A DNA stretch of 64,000 nt from NCBI GenBank assembly GCA_963734495.1, contig CAVTHK010000010.1, positions 64,001-128,000 of the forward strand, given 5' to 3'. Positions within the stretch are counted from its first letter, which is position 1. Every line of letters begins with the position of its first letter. Both the position numbers and the translations under genes were made by a program. The notes beneath the pieces were generated by a model, which saw only the letters and a list, made by a program, of their open reading frames with translations, was not told the DNA's origin and did not search any database. The DNA comes from an uncultured Spirochaetota bacterium (lineage in GTDB: Bacteria > Spirochaetota > Spirochaetia > SZUA-6 > CAVTHK01). Positions 10,469 to 20,392 of this stretch are shown here, one piece after another.

Positions 10469-10512
10469 GTCCGGCCAACGGGCTCCCGGCGCCGCCCTCT
10501 TCAGAGGGGCTG

Positions 10513-10540
10513 TTGCGATTTCGATGCCGTCGGTTATAAT
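10513..10540 (+). promoter_or_regulatory. Putative sigma70 promoter for the oppF-like/GH51 unit
   Basis: TTGCGA-N16-TATAAT, divergent from the promoter at 10441-10468. Confidence 0.55.
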
Positions 10541-10630
10541 GGCGGCAGTCGCCGACGCTCGCCCCTCGGTGGCCATGACGGCGAGCCGATGACGGACAGG
10601 GGATCGGCCGGAAAGCGCGGCTGCACAGCC

Positions 10631-11609
10631 ATGGAGAACACGCACCTGCTCGAGGTCGAGAACCTCCGCATGTACTTCCCGGTGACCGCCGGCGTCTTCG
10701 GCAGAAGCCTCGGGGACGTCAAGGCGGTGGACGACGTCAGCTTCTACGTCAAGAAGGGCGAGACGCTCGGCCTCGTCGGCGAGAGCGGCTGCGGCAAGAC
10801 CACCACGGGTCACTGCATCCTGCAGCTCCACAAGGTCACCGCGGGCAAGGTCCGCTTCGAGGGAGCGGACCTCGTCCAGATGAAGAAGCAGGAGCTGCGG
10901 CGGATGCGGCGGCACATGCAGCTCATATTCCAGGATCCGTTCGCCTCACTGAACCCCCGCATGACGGCGGGAGCAGATCGTGGGCGAGCCGCTCCTGGTT
11001 CATCACCTCGCACAGGACAGCGCCGCCTTCCGGGAACAGATCGACGAGCTTCTGCGGATGGTGGAGCTCGAGCCCTACATGGCCGACCGCTACCCGCACG
11101 AGTTCAGCGGCGGCCAGCGCCAGCGCATCGGCATTGCGCGGGCCCTGGCCGTCAGGCCGGCATTCATCGTCTGCGACGAGCCGGTCTCGGCGCTGGACGT
11201 CTCCATTCAGGCACAGATCATCTCGCTGCTCGTCAGGCTGCGCGAAGAGCTGCACCTGACCTACCTGTTCATCGCGCACGACCTGGCGGTCGTGAGGGAT
11301 ATCAGCGATCGCGTCGCGGTCATGTACCTCGGGAGGATCGTGGAGATCACGGCGAGCGACGAGCTGTACGCCAACCCGCTCCACCCCTACACGGTGTCCC
11401 TGCTCTCCGCGGTCCCGATACCCGATCCGGTCGTAGACCGGACGCGCAAGCGCATCGTCCTTTCCGGCGACGTGCCCAGCCCGCTGAACCCTCCGAGCGG
11501 CTGCCCCTTCCACCCGAGGTGCTTCAAGGCGGCGCCGATATGCAGCGAGCAGGCGCCGAAGCTGAGGAACCTCGGCTCGGAGCACTGGGTGGCCTGCCAC
11601 CTCGCGTAG
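10631..11609 (+). CDS. Oligopeptide/dipeptide ABC transporter ATP-binding protein (OppF/AppF type), frameshift near 10970
   Basis: [66 protein letters not shown]. Confidence 0.88.
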
Positions 11610-11658
11610 AGGCGCCGCCGGGCGACGGCCGGCCTCACCGACGACAAGGGAGAATCTG

Positions 11659-13176
11659 ATGGAAACCGGCGCAGCAAAGGTCGTCATCGACCGCGACTTC
11701 GTGATCGGAGCGGTGGACCCGCGGATCTTCGGCTCTTTCGTCGAGCACATGGAGCGCGTCGTCTACGGGGGCATCTACGAGCCCGGGCATCCTCTGGCCG
11801 ACGAGGAGGGCTTCCGCAAGGACATCATCGGCCTGGTGAGAGAGATGGGCATCCCGATCGTGCGCTACCCCGGCGGCAACTTCCTGTCGGGGTACAACTG
11901 GCTCGACGGGATCGGCCCCAGGGATCGCCGGCCGAGGCAGCTCGACCTCGCGTGGATCGCGGTCGAGTCGAACGAGATCGGGCTGAACGAGTTCCTCGCC
12001 TGGTCGCGAAAGGCGGGGACCGAGGTGAACATGGCGGTGAACCTCGGCACGCAGGGGATCGACGCGGCGAGACACATCGTCGAGTACTGCAACCACAGCG
12101 GCGGCAGCACCTGGAGCGACCTGAGAAAGGCTCACGGCCACGCGGCCCCCTACGGCATCCGGACGTGGTGCCTGGGCAACGAGATGGACGGCCCGTGGCA
12201 GATCGGGAGCCGGACCGCCCAGGAGTACGGCCGCATCGCCGCCCAGGCCGGGATGGTGATGAAGAAGGTCGACCGGGACATCGAGCTCGTCGCCTGCGGC
12301 AGCTCGAACGACAGGATAGGGAGCTACCCCGAGTGGGACTCGGTGGTGCTCGACCACACCTACGACGTGGCCGACTACATCTCGCTGCACATCTACTATT
12401 CCGGGGTGGGCTCCGACACTCCGACCTACCTCGCCCGGACGCTGGACATGGACAGGCAGATCAAGACGATCGTCGCGGCCTGCGACCTGGCCAGGGCGAA
12501 GAAGCGCAGCCGCAAGACCATGTACCTGTCGTTCGACGAGTGGGGCCTTTGGTCCGAAGAGGAGCGCGCGCATCGCAACGCCTGGAGCTGGCGCTGGGAG
12601 GACGCCAATGCGATCAGCGAGGGGATGTACTCGTTCGAAGACGCCCTGGTGGCCGGCTCCATGCTCCTGACCCTTCTGAACAACGCGGATCGCGTGAGGA
12701 TCGCCTGCCAGGCCCAGCTTGTGAACCACCTTTCGCTCTTCAACTGCGCAAAGGGCGGCGCGTCCTGGAAACAGACGCTCTTCTACCCATTCAAGCACGC
12801 GTCGCTTTACGGACGGGGCACGGCGCTGAGGTGCGTGGTCGACTCGCCTCGCTATGACACAAAGGAATACGGCGGCGTACCGCTGCTCGACACTGCCGCC
12901 GTGGCAGGCGACGGCACGCTCACGATCTTCGCGATCAACCGCGACCTCGAGAAGCCGCTGGTCCTGGAGACGCATCTTCGCGGACTCGGCAGGCAGAAGC
13001 TGAAAGAGCACATTGTCTACGAGAGCGACGACCTCAAGGCGGGCAACACCCTCGCGAGGCCCGACGCGGTCGTCCCGCGCGCCGGCAGCGGATGCGTGGT
13101 CGACGGCGAGCGGTTGCGCGTCGCCCTTCGGCGCGCTTCGTGGAACGTCATCAGACTCGAGAGCGTCAGGCAGTAA
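11659..13176 (+). CDS. abfA: Alpha-L-arabinofuranosidase, GH51
   Basis: FGSFVEH, RYPGGNFLSGYNW, WCLGNEMDGPWQIG (acid/base), SLHIY, SFDEW (nucleophile), ACQAQLVN. Confidence 0.9.
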   Translation: METGAAKVVIDRDFVIGAVDPRIFGSFVEHMERVVYGGIYEPGHPLADEEGFRKDIIGLVREMGIPIVRYPGGNFLSGYNWLDGIGPRDRRPRQLDLAWIAVESNEIGLNEFLAWSRKAGTEVNMAVNLGTQGIDAARHIVEYCNHSGGSTWSDLRKAHGHAAPYGIRTWCLGNEMDGPWQIGSRTAQEYGRIAAQAGMVMKKVDRDIELVACGSSNDRIGSYPEWDSVVLDHTYDVADYISLHIYYSGVGSDTPTYLARTLDMDRQIKTIVAACDLARAKKRSRKTMYLSFDEWGLWSEEERAHRNAWSWRWEDANAISEGMYSFEDALVAGSMLLTLLNNADRVRIACQAQLVNHLSLFNCAKGGASWKQTLFYPFKHASLYGRGTALRCVVDSPRYDTKEYGGVPLLDTAAVAGDGTLTIFAINRDLEKPLVLETHLRGLGRQKLKEHIVYESDDLKAGNTLARPDAVVPRAGSGCVVDGERLRVALRRASWNVIRLESVRQ

Positions 13177-13190
13177 CGCGGCGGCGCCGA

Positions 13191-14049
13191 TCAGGCCCGG
13201 CCGCTCGCCATGCAGGAGCGGATCCACTCGCGCACGACCTCGACGATGCGCGGGCGGATCGCCTCCTGGATGTCCACCGTGTGCGCGGCCCGCTCCATGT
13301 CCTTGAGCTCGTCGCGCAGGCTGGTCAGGTACGTGTGCCTGATGATGGTCCCGACGTTCACCTTGGCTATGCCGTTCTTGATGGCGCGGCGGACATCCTC
13401 TTCAGGGATGCCGGTGCCTCCGTGCAGCACGAGCGGCACGGAGACCAGCTCGTGGACCCGGGCCAGCCGCTCGAAATCGATGTGGGGTTTCCCCTTGTAG
13501 AACCCGTGCGCCGTCCCGATCCCGACGGCCAGCGCATCCACGGCGCAGGCCTCGACGAGCCGGGCCGCCTCCTCGGGATCGACCAGGGCCTGCTCTTCCG
13601 CCGGCCGTTCCCTCGTCCTTGCTCGCGGGTATCCTGCCGATCTCCGCCTCGACGGCGACGCCCTTGCGCCGCGCGTATTCCACCACCTGCTTCACGATCC
13701 CGATGTTCTCGGCCAGCGGGTGCATGGAGGCGTCGATCATGACCGAAGGGTAGCCGGCGTCGATCGCGGCCTTGCAGAGGTCGAGGCTCGCGGAGTGGTC
13801 CAGGTGATGCACGACGGGCACGCGCGCGCGAGCCATCGCGGCGACGCCGATCGCGCCGCACATCTCGATGCCCAGCGCTTTGACGACCTTCGGGATCGAC
13901 GCGAGGAGAATCGGCGCCTTTTCGGCCTCGGCCGCGTCGACGATCGCGCGCATGTCCCATATGTCCGAGTAATTGAAGGCCGGAACGGCGTAGCCCCCCG
14001 CCTGAGCCTTCTTCAGCAGTGTCCTCAGCGTCGAACCGGTTACCACCAT
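13191..14049 (-). CDS. Class II fructose/tagatose-bisphosphate aldolase family, frameshift near 13600
   Basis: GYAVPAFN, HHLDH, SVMIDAS, VEAEIG, DALAVGIGTAHG, PLVLHGGTG, KVNVGT. Confidence 0.88.
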
Positions 14050-14053
14050 TCTT

Positions 14054-15493
14054 TCATCCTCTCAGGTACGTCTCGATCTCTTCGCGCGTAGGCTCCACGG
14101 GGTCGGGCGCGAGGCCCGGGATGTAGCGGCAGGCTTCGAAGAGAACAGGCGCGACGTGGCCGTGGATCCCCACGCAGTGATGGATGTACGGCCCATAGAT
14201 GAACTTGTGCTCCCAGGCGGGCCAGTCCTTGAACTCGATCCAGACCCAGGTTCCGTGCGTGGACGGGCCATCGACGCCGCGACCGTGCCCCATCAGCAGC
14301 GAGTACTCGCCCTTGATGCCGTCGAAGCGGGCGATCGTGATCTCGCCGCCCCGGATCTCCCAGGCGCCGACCATGGGCGCCTTTCGATTGTAGTGGTGGC
14401 ACAGGGCGGGTTCGCAGCCTTCCTTTATGAGGCTCCTCGGGAACACGCCGCAGTGCCAGAAGAGCTCGGCGTTCTTTTTTTCGGGGTGCCGGATCGTCAC
14501 GTCGGCCAGGAAGATCGGGGTCTCCCACAGCCGCGCGGCATGGGCCATCACGGCGGTCACGGCCCCGTGGATGTCGGCCTCGCAGATGGTCGGCAGCCCT
14601 TCGCCGGTCAGCTCGGAGAAGGTGAAGCACGGCGTGATCCCGACGGTCTCGAACATCGGGCCCCAGCACTGCGCCGCGGCCGCCGTGAGCCCCTGCTCCT
14701 CGGCCCAGGTCCGGATGGCCAGGCGCAGCGCGGCCGAATTGCGCAGAAGCGCGGCGTCGAAGTCGATGCGCTTGATGTCGCGCCTGATCTCCGCGACCAT
14801 CTCCGAGATCTCCTCGCGGCGCTCGCTCATGGCCCGGTCGAACATCTTCTTCAAGTCCGGAAGCGTGATCGGGAACACCTCGATGCCGAAGCGCTCCAGG
14901 AGCTCGGCCTCGTTGACCTTGACCGACCAGAACGCCGCGGGACGGACGTCGATCTGGCCGATGCGCATGCCGGAAAACGCCTTGACGACGGCGGCGGCGG
15001 CTATGAAGTTGTCGAACCCGCGTTTCAGGACGGGGTCGCCCACTGGACAGTTGGTGATATAGGTGAAGGGCACCCCCACCCGGCTCAGCACCTTGCTGGT
15101 GGCGAAGAGCCCGCACTGGCTGTCCCGCAGCCTCGAGCCATCCGCCGCGGGCGCGTCGTCCTGCGGCCCCCAGATGAGCAGCGGCTTTCCGACCTTCTTC
15201 GCGAGCCTCACGACCGCGTCCTCGGCGCCGAAGTTGCAGTGAGGAGCGAACACCGCGTCCACCTCTTCGTCGGCGAACTTCCTCGCCACGCGGTCCGCAT
15301 CGGCGTCGTTAAAGAGAAGCCCCTCGGCGTTGAGGAAATCGAGATTGACGAAATCGACGCTCTGCTGCGACAGCCACTGCTCCACGAGCTTCTTGTACCG
15401 GTTCGCCTCACCGACATTGAAGGCCTTCTCGCTGTTCATGGCCCGCCTCGTGGGGGCGAAACCCAGCTTGACCCTGCGCCTCCGTTGCACCAC
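14054..15493 (-). CDS. L-fucose/L-arabinose isomerase family protein
   Basis: KLGFAPTRR, PHCNFGAE, RDSQCG, QCW, ICEADIHGA, FWHCG, TIARFDG, GPYIHH. Confidence 0.8.
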   Translation of the reverse strand: MVQRRRRVKLGFAPTRRAMNSEKAFNVGEANRYKKLVEQWLSQQSVDFVNLDFLNAEGLLFNDADADRVARKFADEEVDAVFAPHCNFGAEDAVVRLAKKVGKPLLIWGPQDDAPAADGSRLRDSQCGLFATSKVLSRVGVPFTYITNCPVGDPVLKRGFDNFIAAAAVVKAFSGMRIGQIDVRPAAFWSVKVNEAELLERFGIEVFPITLPDLKKMFDRAMSERREEISEMVAEIRRDIKRIDFDAALLRNSAALRLAIRTWAEEQGLTAAAAQCWGPMFETVGITPCFTFSELTGEGLPTICEADIHGAVTAVMAHAARLWETPIFLADVTIRHPEKKNAELFWHCGVFPRSLIKEGCEPALCHHYNRKAPMVGAWEIRGGEITIARFDGIKGEYSLLMGHGRGVDGPSTHGTWVWIEFKDWPAWEHKFIYGPYIHHCVGIHGHVAPVLFEACRYIPGLAPDPVEPTREEIETYLRG

Positions 15494-15514
15494 ACCGCCC
15501 TCCTGTTCCGCCGA

Positions 15515-16462
15515 CTATCCGGCGCGGCCCGAACGCTCCATGTACTCGATGACCTGGTCCATGCTCTTCACCGCCGAAGTCGACCCCACCTCCGTGACGC
15601 TTACGGCCCCGACGGCGTTCGCGAAACGGCAGCAGCGCTCGGGGTCCCAGCCGCGCAGGACTCCCGTGAGAAACCCGGCCACGAAATTGTCCCCGGCACC
15701 CGTGGTATCCACGACCTCCGCGGCAAAGCCGCCGATGAGGCTCGCCGCCCGACGCGTCCGCAGGTAGCAGCCCCGGTCTCCGAGCTTGACCACGACGCAT
15801 CCTGCCCCCGAATCGAGCAGGGCCTCCGACATTCTCGCCGGGTCAGTCTCGCCGGTGAGATCCCGGGCCTCTTCGTAGCTCGGGAGCAGGTAGTCCACCT
15901 GCCTCAACGCGTCCCGGATGCCTTTCAGCCCCGTGCCGTAGGTGTCGTGCTTGGTGTCGGCGGCCGTCGTGCAGCCTCTGGCCCGGGCGGCCTCCAGCAG
16001 CGCGGCAGCGCCCGCGCCGTCCAGCGCCGGCAGCGCGAGCAGGCTCCCGATGCATAGGAGACGCGCGCCGGTGGCGAGCGACACGTCGATGTCTTCGAGC
16101 GAAAGCTTCTCGCTCGCGTGCCTGTGGGACAGGAAGTTCCTGCTTCCGTCCCTGTTGATCAGGATCACGCAGGTGCTGGTGCTCACCCTCGGGTCTACCT
16201 GGACCCCGGCGGTGTCGACGCCCGCGGAACGGGACGTCTCGATGAGAAAGCGGCCGAAGCTGTCGTCGCCCACTTTCCCGCAGAGCAGCACCCTGCTGCC
16301 GAGCCGGGAGAGGACGATCGCCTCGTTCATCGCGTCGCCGCCCGCCGTGAGCTCCATCTTCTCCACGAGCGTCACGTCGACGTCGAAGACCGCCCTGCTC
16401 ACGGGCCGGACCGGCAGATTGGCCGCCATCATGCCCACGCACGCCACGTCGTACAAGACCAT
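15515..16462 (-). CDS. PfkB/ribokinase family carbohydrate kinase
   Basis: AGGDAMNEA, GKVGDDSFG, VVVKLGDRG, VVDTTGAGDNFVAGF signature. Confidence 0.9.
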   Translation of the reverse strand: MVLYDVACVGMMAANLPVRPVSRAVFDVDVTLVEKMELTAGGDAMNEAIVLSRLGSRVLLCGKVGDDSFGRFLIETSRSAGVDTAGVQVDPRVSTSTCVILINRDGSRNFLSHRHASEKLSLEDIDVSLATGARLLCIGSLLALPALDGAGAAALLEAARARGCTTAADTKHDTYGTGLKGIRDALRQVDYLLPSYEEARDLTGETDPARMSEALLDSGAGCVVVKLGDRGCYLRTRRAASLIGGFAAEVVDTTGAGDNFVAGFLTGVLRGWDPERCCRFANAVGAVSVTEVGSTSAVKSMDQVIEYMERSGRAG

Positions 16463-16502
16463 CGCCTTTCGGATTGCGGCACTGTCCTGCTTTGAAAGGA
16501 AA

Positions 16503-16529
16503 GGGTGTGGGCGGAGTCCACCCACACCC
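16503..16529 (-). terminator. Stem-loop just downstream of the solute-binding protein gene (mRNA stabiliser or partial terminator)
   Basis: Inverted repeat GGGTGTGGG...CCCACACCC about 10 nt after the stop at 16540; no long U-tract. Confidence 0.5.
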
Positions 16530-16539
16530 CGCTTACGGT

Positions 16540-18261
16540 CTACTTGCCGGCCATCTTGGACTTCATCGCCTGGTCGATCCACAGCGAAGTGATCATCGGC
16601 ATGTACTGGTAGTACGTGGCCTCAACCTCTCCGTAGTAGTTCTTGAGCCAGGGCCAGTAGACGAGGAGACGCGACGCGGCCGCGATCGGAAGGTACGGCA
16701 CGTCGTCGAGGATCTGCAGCGAGAGCTTGCGGAAGATCTCGTTCCTCGCCGCCGGGTCGATCGTGCTCGCGCCGAGCTTGAACTGCGCGTCGACGTCCGC
16801 GTTGGCGTAGTTCGCCGGGTTGATCATCTCGCCGGTCACGTGGAGCTGCAGGGCGCGCACCGGGTTCACGGTCAGCGTGCTCTCGCTGAGGATGTCCTTG
16901 TACTTGTGGCTGAGCCTCAGGGCGTCCTTGGCCCCCGGCTCCATCACCGTGAGCTTGACGTTGACGCCGAACTTCTTCCACTGGTCGACGATCATCGCTC
17001 CCAGCTCCTGCTGGGTCTGGGAGTTGTCGACGATGAACTCCACGGAGAAGCCGTTGGGGTAGCCCGCGGCCGCCAGCATGGACTGCGCCTTTTTCGGGTC
17101 GTAGACGAACAGCTCGGCCTGAGACGGCGGCAGCTTGTCGAGCGGCGTGTAAATGTCGGGCGTGATCAGCGGGTAGGTGTGGATCTCGCCTTCGCCGTAG
17201 AGGGCCTTGGCGATCGCCCGCAGGTCGGTCCCGATCATCACCGCGCGCCTGACTTCCTTCTTGCTGAAGTACTCGGAGTCGTTCTTCAGGGAGAGCCTCA
17301 GGTTCGTGCCCGCGAGGAACTTCTTCATGATCAGGTTGGGATTCGTCTTGAGGGTGCTCTCGTACTGCAGAGGCGCCATCGTGTTGAGGTCGATCTGTCC
17401 GGTGCGCGTCGCGGCGATGGCGGTCGACTCATCGGTGATGATAGGGAACACCAGCTTGTCGATGAACGGGACGTCGTCGTAGACCTTGCCCTTGACCGTG
17501 GCGGTGCCCCACCAGTTGGGGTTCTTGACGTAGGTCGCGCCGGAGCCCGGAACGTAGCTCTGGATCATGAAGGGTCCCGTTCCGGTCGTGTTCCTCCAGT
17601 CGGAGGCGCCGGCCTTGACCTCTTCGGGAGCGTAGATCGGCGTGCACCAGCCGAACGCAAGCAGGTACGACCAGTCCGCCCAGTAGCTGTTGGTGCGGAC
17701 GATCACCTGGTTGCCCGGGCCCCTCTCCACGGATTCGATGAACGGGGTCCGCCCCTTGCCGCTCTTGCCTCCCCTGATCGAGTTCACGTAGCGGTTCAGG
17801 CTGAAGTACACGTCGTCGGCGGTGAACGGCCGGGCCTTCATGCCGATCCTCTCGTTGGCCTGCCACATGATCCCGGCGTTTTCACGCACGTAGAAGATCA
17901 GAGTCTTGGGGTCTTTCCACTCCCACCGTTCGGCGAGCATCCCCTTGAGGTACTGCTCGGGCACGAACTCCTGGAACCCGAACGAATAGGTGTTGTTGCC
18001 CCTGGGGCCGTACTTCTCTATGTCACCGACGGCAAGAAACTCCTTGTACGGGTTCGCCCAGAGGGTCGCCGGGCTCCCCGCGGGGTCGATCGTATCGAAG
18101 CTGTCCGTGCCGTTCTGCACCCAACCGACCCTCACCGTGAGCGTCCCGCCGTACTGGGGCGTCCCTTCGGCCGCGGCTGGGGCGGCCGCCTCCTTGGTGG
18201 GGCTTCCAAAGGCAATCGCCGCCAACAGCGCGAATGCCAGGACGACTAATTTCCGCTTCAT
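16540..18261 (-). CDS. ABC transporter substrate-binding protein, family 5
   Basis: Signal peptide, PQYGGTL, GMLAERWE, FTADDVYFS, GTGPFMI, YDPKKAQSMLAAAGYPNGF. Confidence 0.88.
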   Translation of the reverse strand: MKRKLVVLAFALLAAIAFGSPTKEAAAPAAAEGTPQYGGTLTVRVGWVQNGTDSFDTIDPAGSPATLWANPYKEFLAVGDIEKYGPRGNNTYSFGFQEFVPEQYLKGMLAERWEWKDPKTLIFYVRENAGIMWQANERIGMKARPFTADDVYFSLNRYVNSIRGGKSGKGRTPFIESVERGPGNQVIVRTNSYWADWSYLLAFGWCTPIYAPEEVKAGASDWRNTTGTGPFMIQSYVPGSGATYVKNPNWWGTATVKGKVYDDVPFIDKLVFPIITDESTAIAATRTGQIDLNTMAPLQYESTLKTNPNLIMKKFLAGTNLRLSLKNDSEYFSKKEVRRAVMIGTDLRAIAKALYGEGEIHTYPLITPDIYTPLDKLPPSQAELFVYDPKKAQSMLAAAGYPNGFSVEFIVDNSQTQQELGAMIVDQWKKFGVNVKLTVMEPGAKDALRLSHKYKDILSESTLTVNPVRALQLHVTGEMINPANYANADVDAQFKLGASTIDPAARNEIFRKLSLQILDDVPYLPIAAASRLLVYWPWLKNYYGEVEATYYQYMPMITSLWIDQAMKSKMAGK

Positions 18262-18323
18262 GTCGCCTCCTTAGCGTTGTGCCTTTACCCGGAGCCGGCT
18301 CTCCCGGGGCTCCGAGCCGTCCT

Positions 18324-19268
18324 TCATCCTCCTTCGCTATCCTTCGCGGCCATCCGCCGTCTCATCCTGATCCCGTAACGTCCGGCGCCCTTGAGGCGCG
18401 GGTCCAGAATATCACGCAGTGCATCGCCGAACATGTTCACGCCGAACACCACGATGCCGAGGGCCAGGCCCGGCCAGATGGCCATCCAGGGAGCCATGAA
18501 CATGTAGGAGCGGCCGCTGCCGCTGAGCATCCCGCCCCAGCTCGGCGCCGGCGGGGGCACGCCGTAGCCGAGGAAGCTCAGGCTGGCCTCCACCAGGATC
18601 ATGAAGGGGACGCGCGTGGTGAAGAGGATGATGATCGCGGCCATGATGTTCGGCAGGATGTACCTGACGAGGATCCGGGTCGTCGAGCAGCCGGTGGCGA
18701 CCGCCGCCGTTACGTAGGCGTTCGCCTTGGTCGCGATCGTGGCGCCCCTCACGACCCGCGAGCCGACGATCCCGTACCCCACCCCCATCACGAGGATGAC
18801 GCTCCAGAGGCCGGACCCGATCATCGAGATGACGACCATCAGCACGATCAGGATCGGAAAGCACATCCAGGAATCGACGAGCCTCTGGAGCAGCAGGTCG
18901 AGCCTTCCGCCCACGTAGCCGCTCACCAGGCCTATGAACGTGGAGATGGCCGTCGCGATCGTCGCCGCCGACAGCCCGACGATCACCGAGATGCGCGCCC
19001 CATAGATGATGCGGCTCAGCATGTCGCGGCCCATATTGTCCGTGCCGAGGAGGTAGCGGGCGGACGGCGGGGACAGCATGTCCGACGTGTGCTGCTCGTT
19101 CGAGCCGTAAGGCGCGAGGACGTCCGCGAAGATCCCGGTCAGCAGCAGGAGCAGCGTGATGACGGCGCCGACGGTGCCCAGGGGCTTCTCCCTGACGAGC
19201 CTGCGGGCGAAGACGGCGAATGACGATGGTCTCTTGCGCGGCGTCGTTGCCGAAGCGCTATCGGTCAT
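18324..19268 (-). CDS. Peptide/nickel-type ABC permease (OppC/DppC type)
   Basis: LLGTDNMGRDMLSRIIYGARIS, EASLSFLGYGVPPPAPSWGGML, FGDALRDILDP. Confidence 0.9.
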   Translation of the reverse strand: MTDSASATTPRKRPSSFAVFARRLVREKPLGTVGAVITLLLLLTGIFADVLAPYGSNEQHTSDMLSPPSARYLLGTDNMGRDMLSRIIYGARISVIVGLSAATIATAISTFIGLVSGYVGGRLDLLLQRLVDSWMCFPILIVLMVVISMIGSGLWSVILVMGVGYGIVGSRVVRGATIATKANAYVTAAVATGCSTTRILVRYILPNIMAAIIILFTTRVPFMILVEASLSFLGYGVPPPAPSWGGMLSGSGRSYMFMAPWMAIWPGLALGIVVFGVNMFGDALRDILDPRLKGAGRYGIRMRRRMAAKDSEGG

Positions 19269-19277
19269 CGGCTGCCT

Positions 19278-20231
19278 TCACTTGTGGGAGACCCGCGGGT
19301 CGAGCACGCTGTAGGCCACATCGACGATCAGGTTGATGAGCACCAGGGCGATCGCGTAGACGAAGAGCACGCCGCTCACCATCGTGTAGTCCCTCTTCTG
19401 CGTCGACTCGATGATGAGGCGGCCCATGCCGGGCAGGCTGAAGATCTGCTCGATGGCAACCGTCCCCCCGATCATGATCGGGAGCTGAAGCCCGACGAGC
19501 GTGATCACGGGGATCAACGCGTTCTTCAGAGCATGCCGCGCCACGACCGCCCGCTCCCGCAGGCCCTTCGCCCAGGCCGTCCTGATGTAGTCCTGCCGCA
19601 GCACCTCGAGCATCATCGTCCGCGTCATCCTCATGGTGAGCCCGGACATCCCCATGCCCAGGGCCACGGCGGGGACCAGGAACATCCCGAGGTTGCCGAT
19701 CGGGTCCGCGGTGAAAGGGATCAGCATCAACGGAGGGGAGTGCCCCCACCAGATCGCGGGGAACACGATGATCATGGTGGACAGCCAGAAGTCGGGGACC
19801 GCGATGCAGATGATGGCGAAGGTCCGCGCGGCGTAGTCCGCCCAGACGTCCTGCCTGAGCGCGGAGTAAACGCCGATCGGGAGGGCGATGAGCTGCGACA
19901 CGATCAGCGCGAGGAATCCGAGCTCGAAAGTGACGGGCCACCTCGCCCTGATCTCGTCCGTCACCGGCAGCCGCGACCACAGGGACTTGCCGAGGTCGCC
20001 GTGCATCAGGATGTTCCCGATCCAGCGGCCGTACTGCGTGAGCAGCGGCTCATCCAGCCCCAGGGCGGTCCGCAGCGCAGCCCGGTCGCCGTGGGTGGCG
20101 TAGTCCATCTGGCCCACCATGCGATCCACGATGTCGCCCGGGATGAGACGCATGATGAGGAAGACCGCGACGCTCACAAGGAACACCGTCGGGATCAGCA
20201 GGAGCAGCCTTCGCAGGATGTACGCGCGCAT
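19278..20231 (-). CDS. Peptide/nickel-type ABC permease (OppB/DppB type)
   Basis: YILRRLL, GDLGKSL, LRQDYIRTAWAKGL, HALKNALIPV, EQIFSLPGMG, RDY, LDPRV. Confidence 0.9.
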   Translation of the reverse strand: MRAYILRRLLLLIPTVFLVSVAVFLIMRLIPGDIVDRMVGQMDYATHGDRAALRTALGLDEPLLTQYGRWIGNILMHGDLGKSLWSRLPVTDEIRARWPVTFELGFLALIVSQLIALPIGVYSALRQDVWADYAARTFAIICIAVPDFWLSTMIIVFPAIWWGHSPPLMLIPFTADPIGNLGMFLVPAVALGMGMSGLTMRMTRTMMLEVLRQDYIRTAWAKGLRERAVVARHALKNALIPVITLVGLQLPIMIGGTVAIEQIFSLPGMGRLIIESTQKRDYTMVSGVLFVYAIALVLINLIVDVAYSVLDPRVSHK

Positions 20232-20392
20232 GGTGATCGGGTTCCGTGGCGGGTAGTCTGGGGTACGGGACTCCCGTTGTCAAGGACTACACGCTATGGC
20301 GGCCGGCCCAGGCGGTTCGGACCCGCTCCGAAGCGCCGAGCCCATGCTCAACGCGAGTGTGTGGTAGGATGGCCGCGAATGGAGGACGCGCC

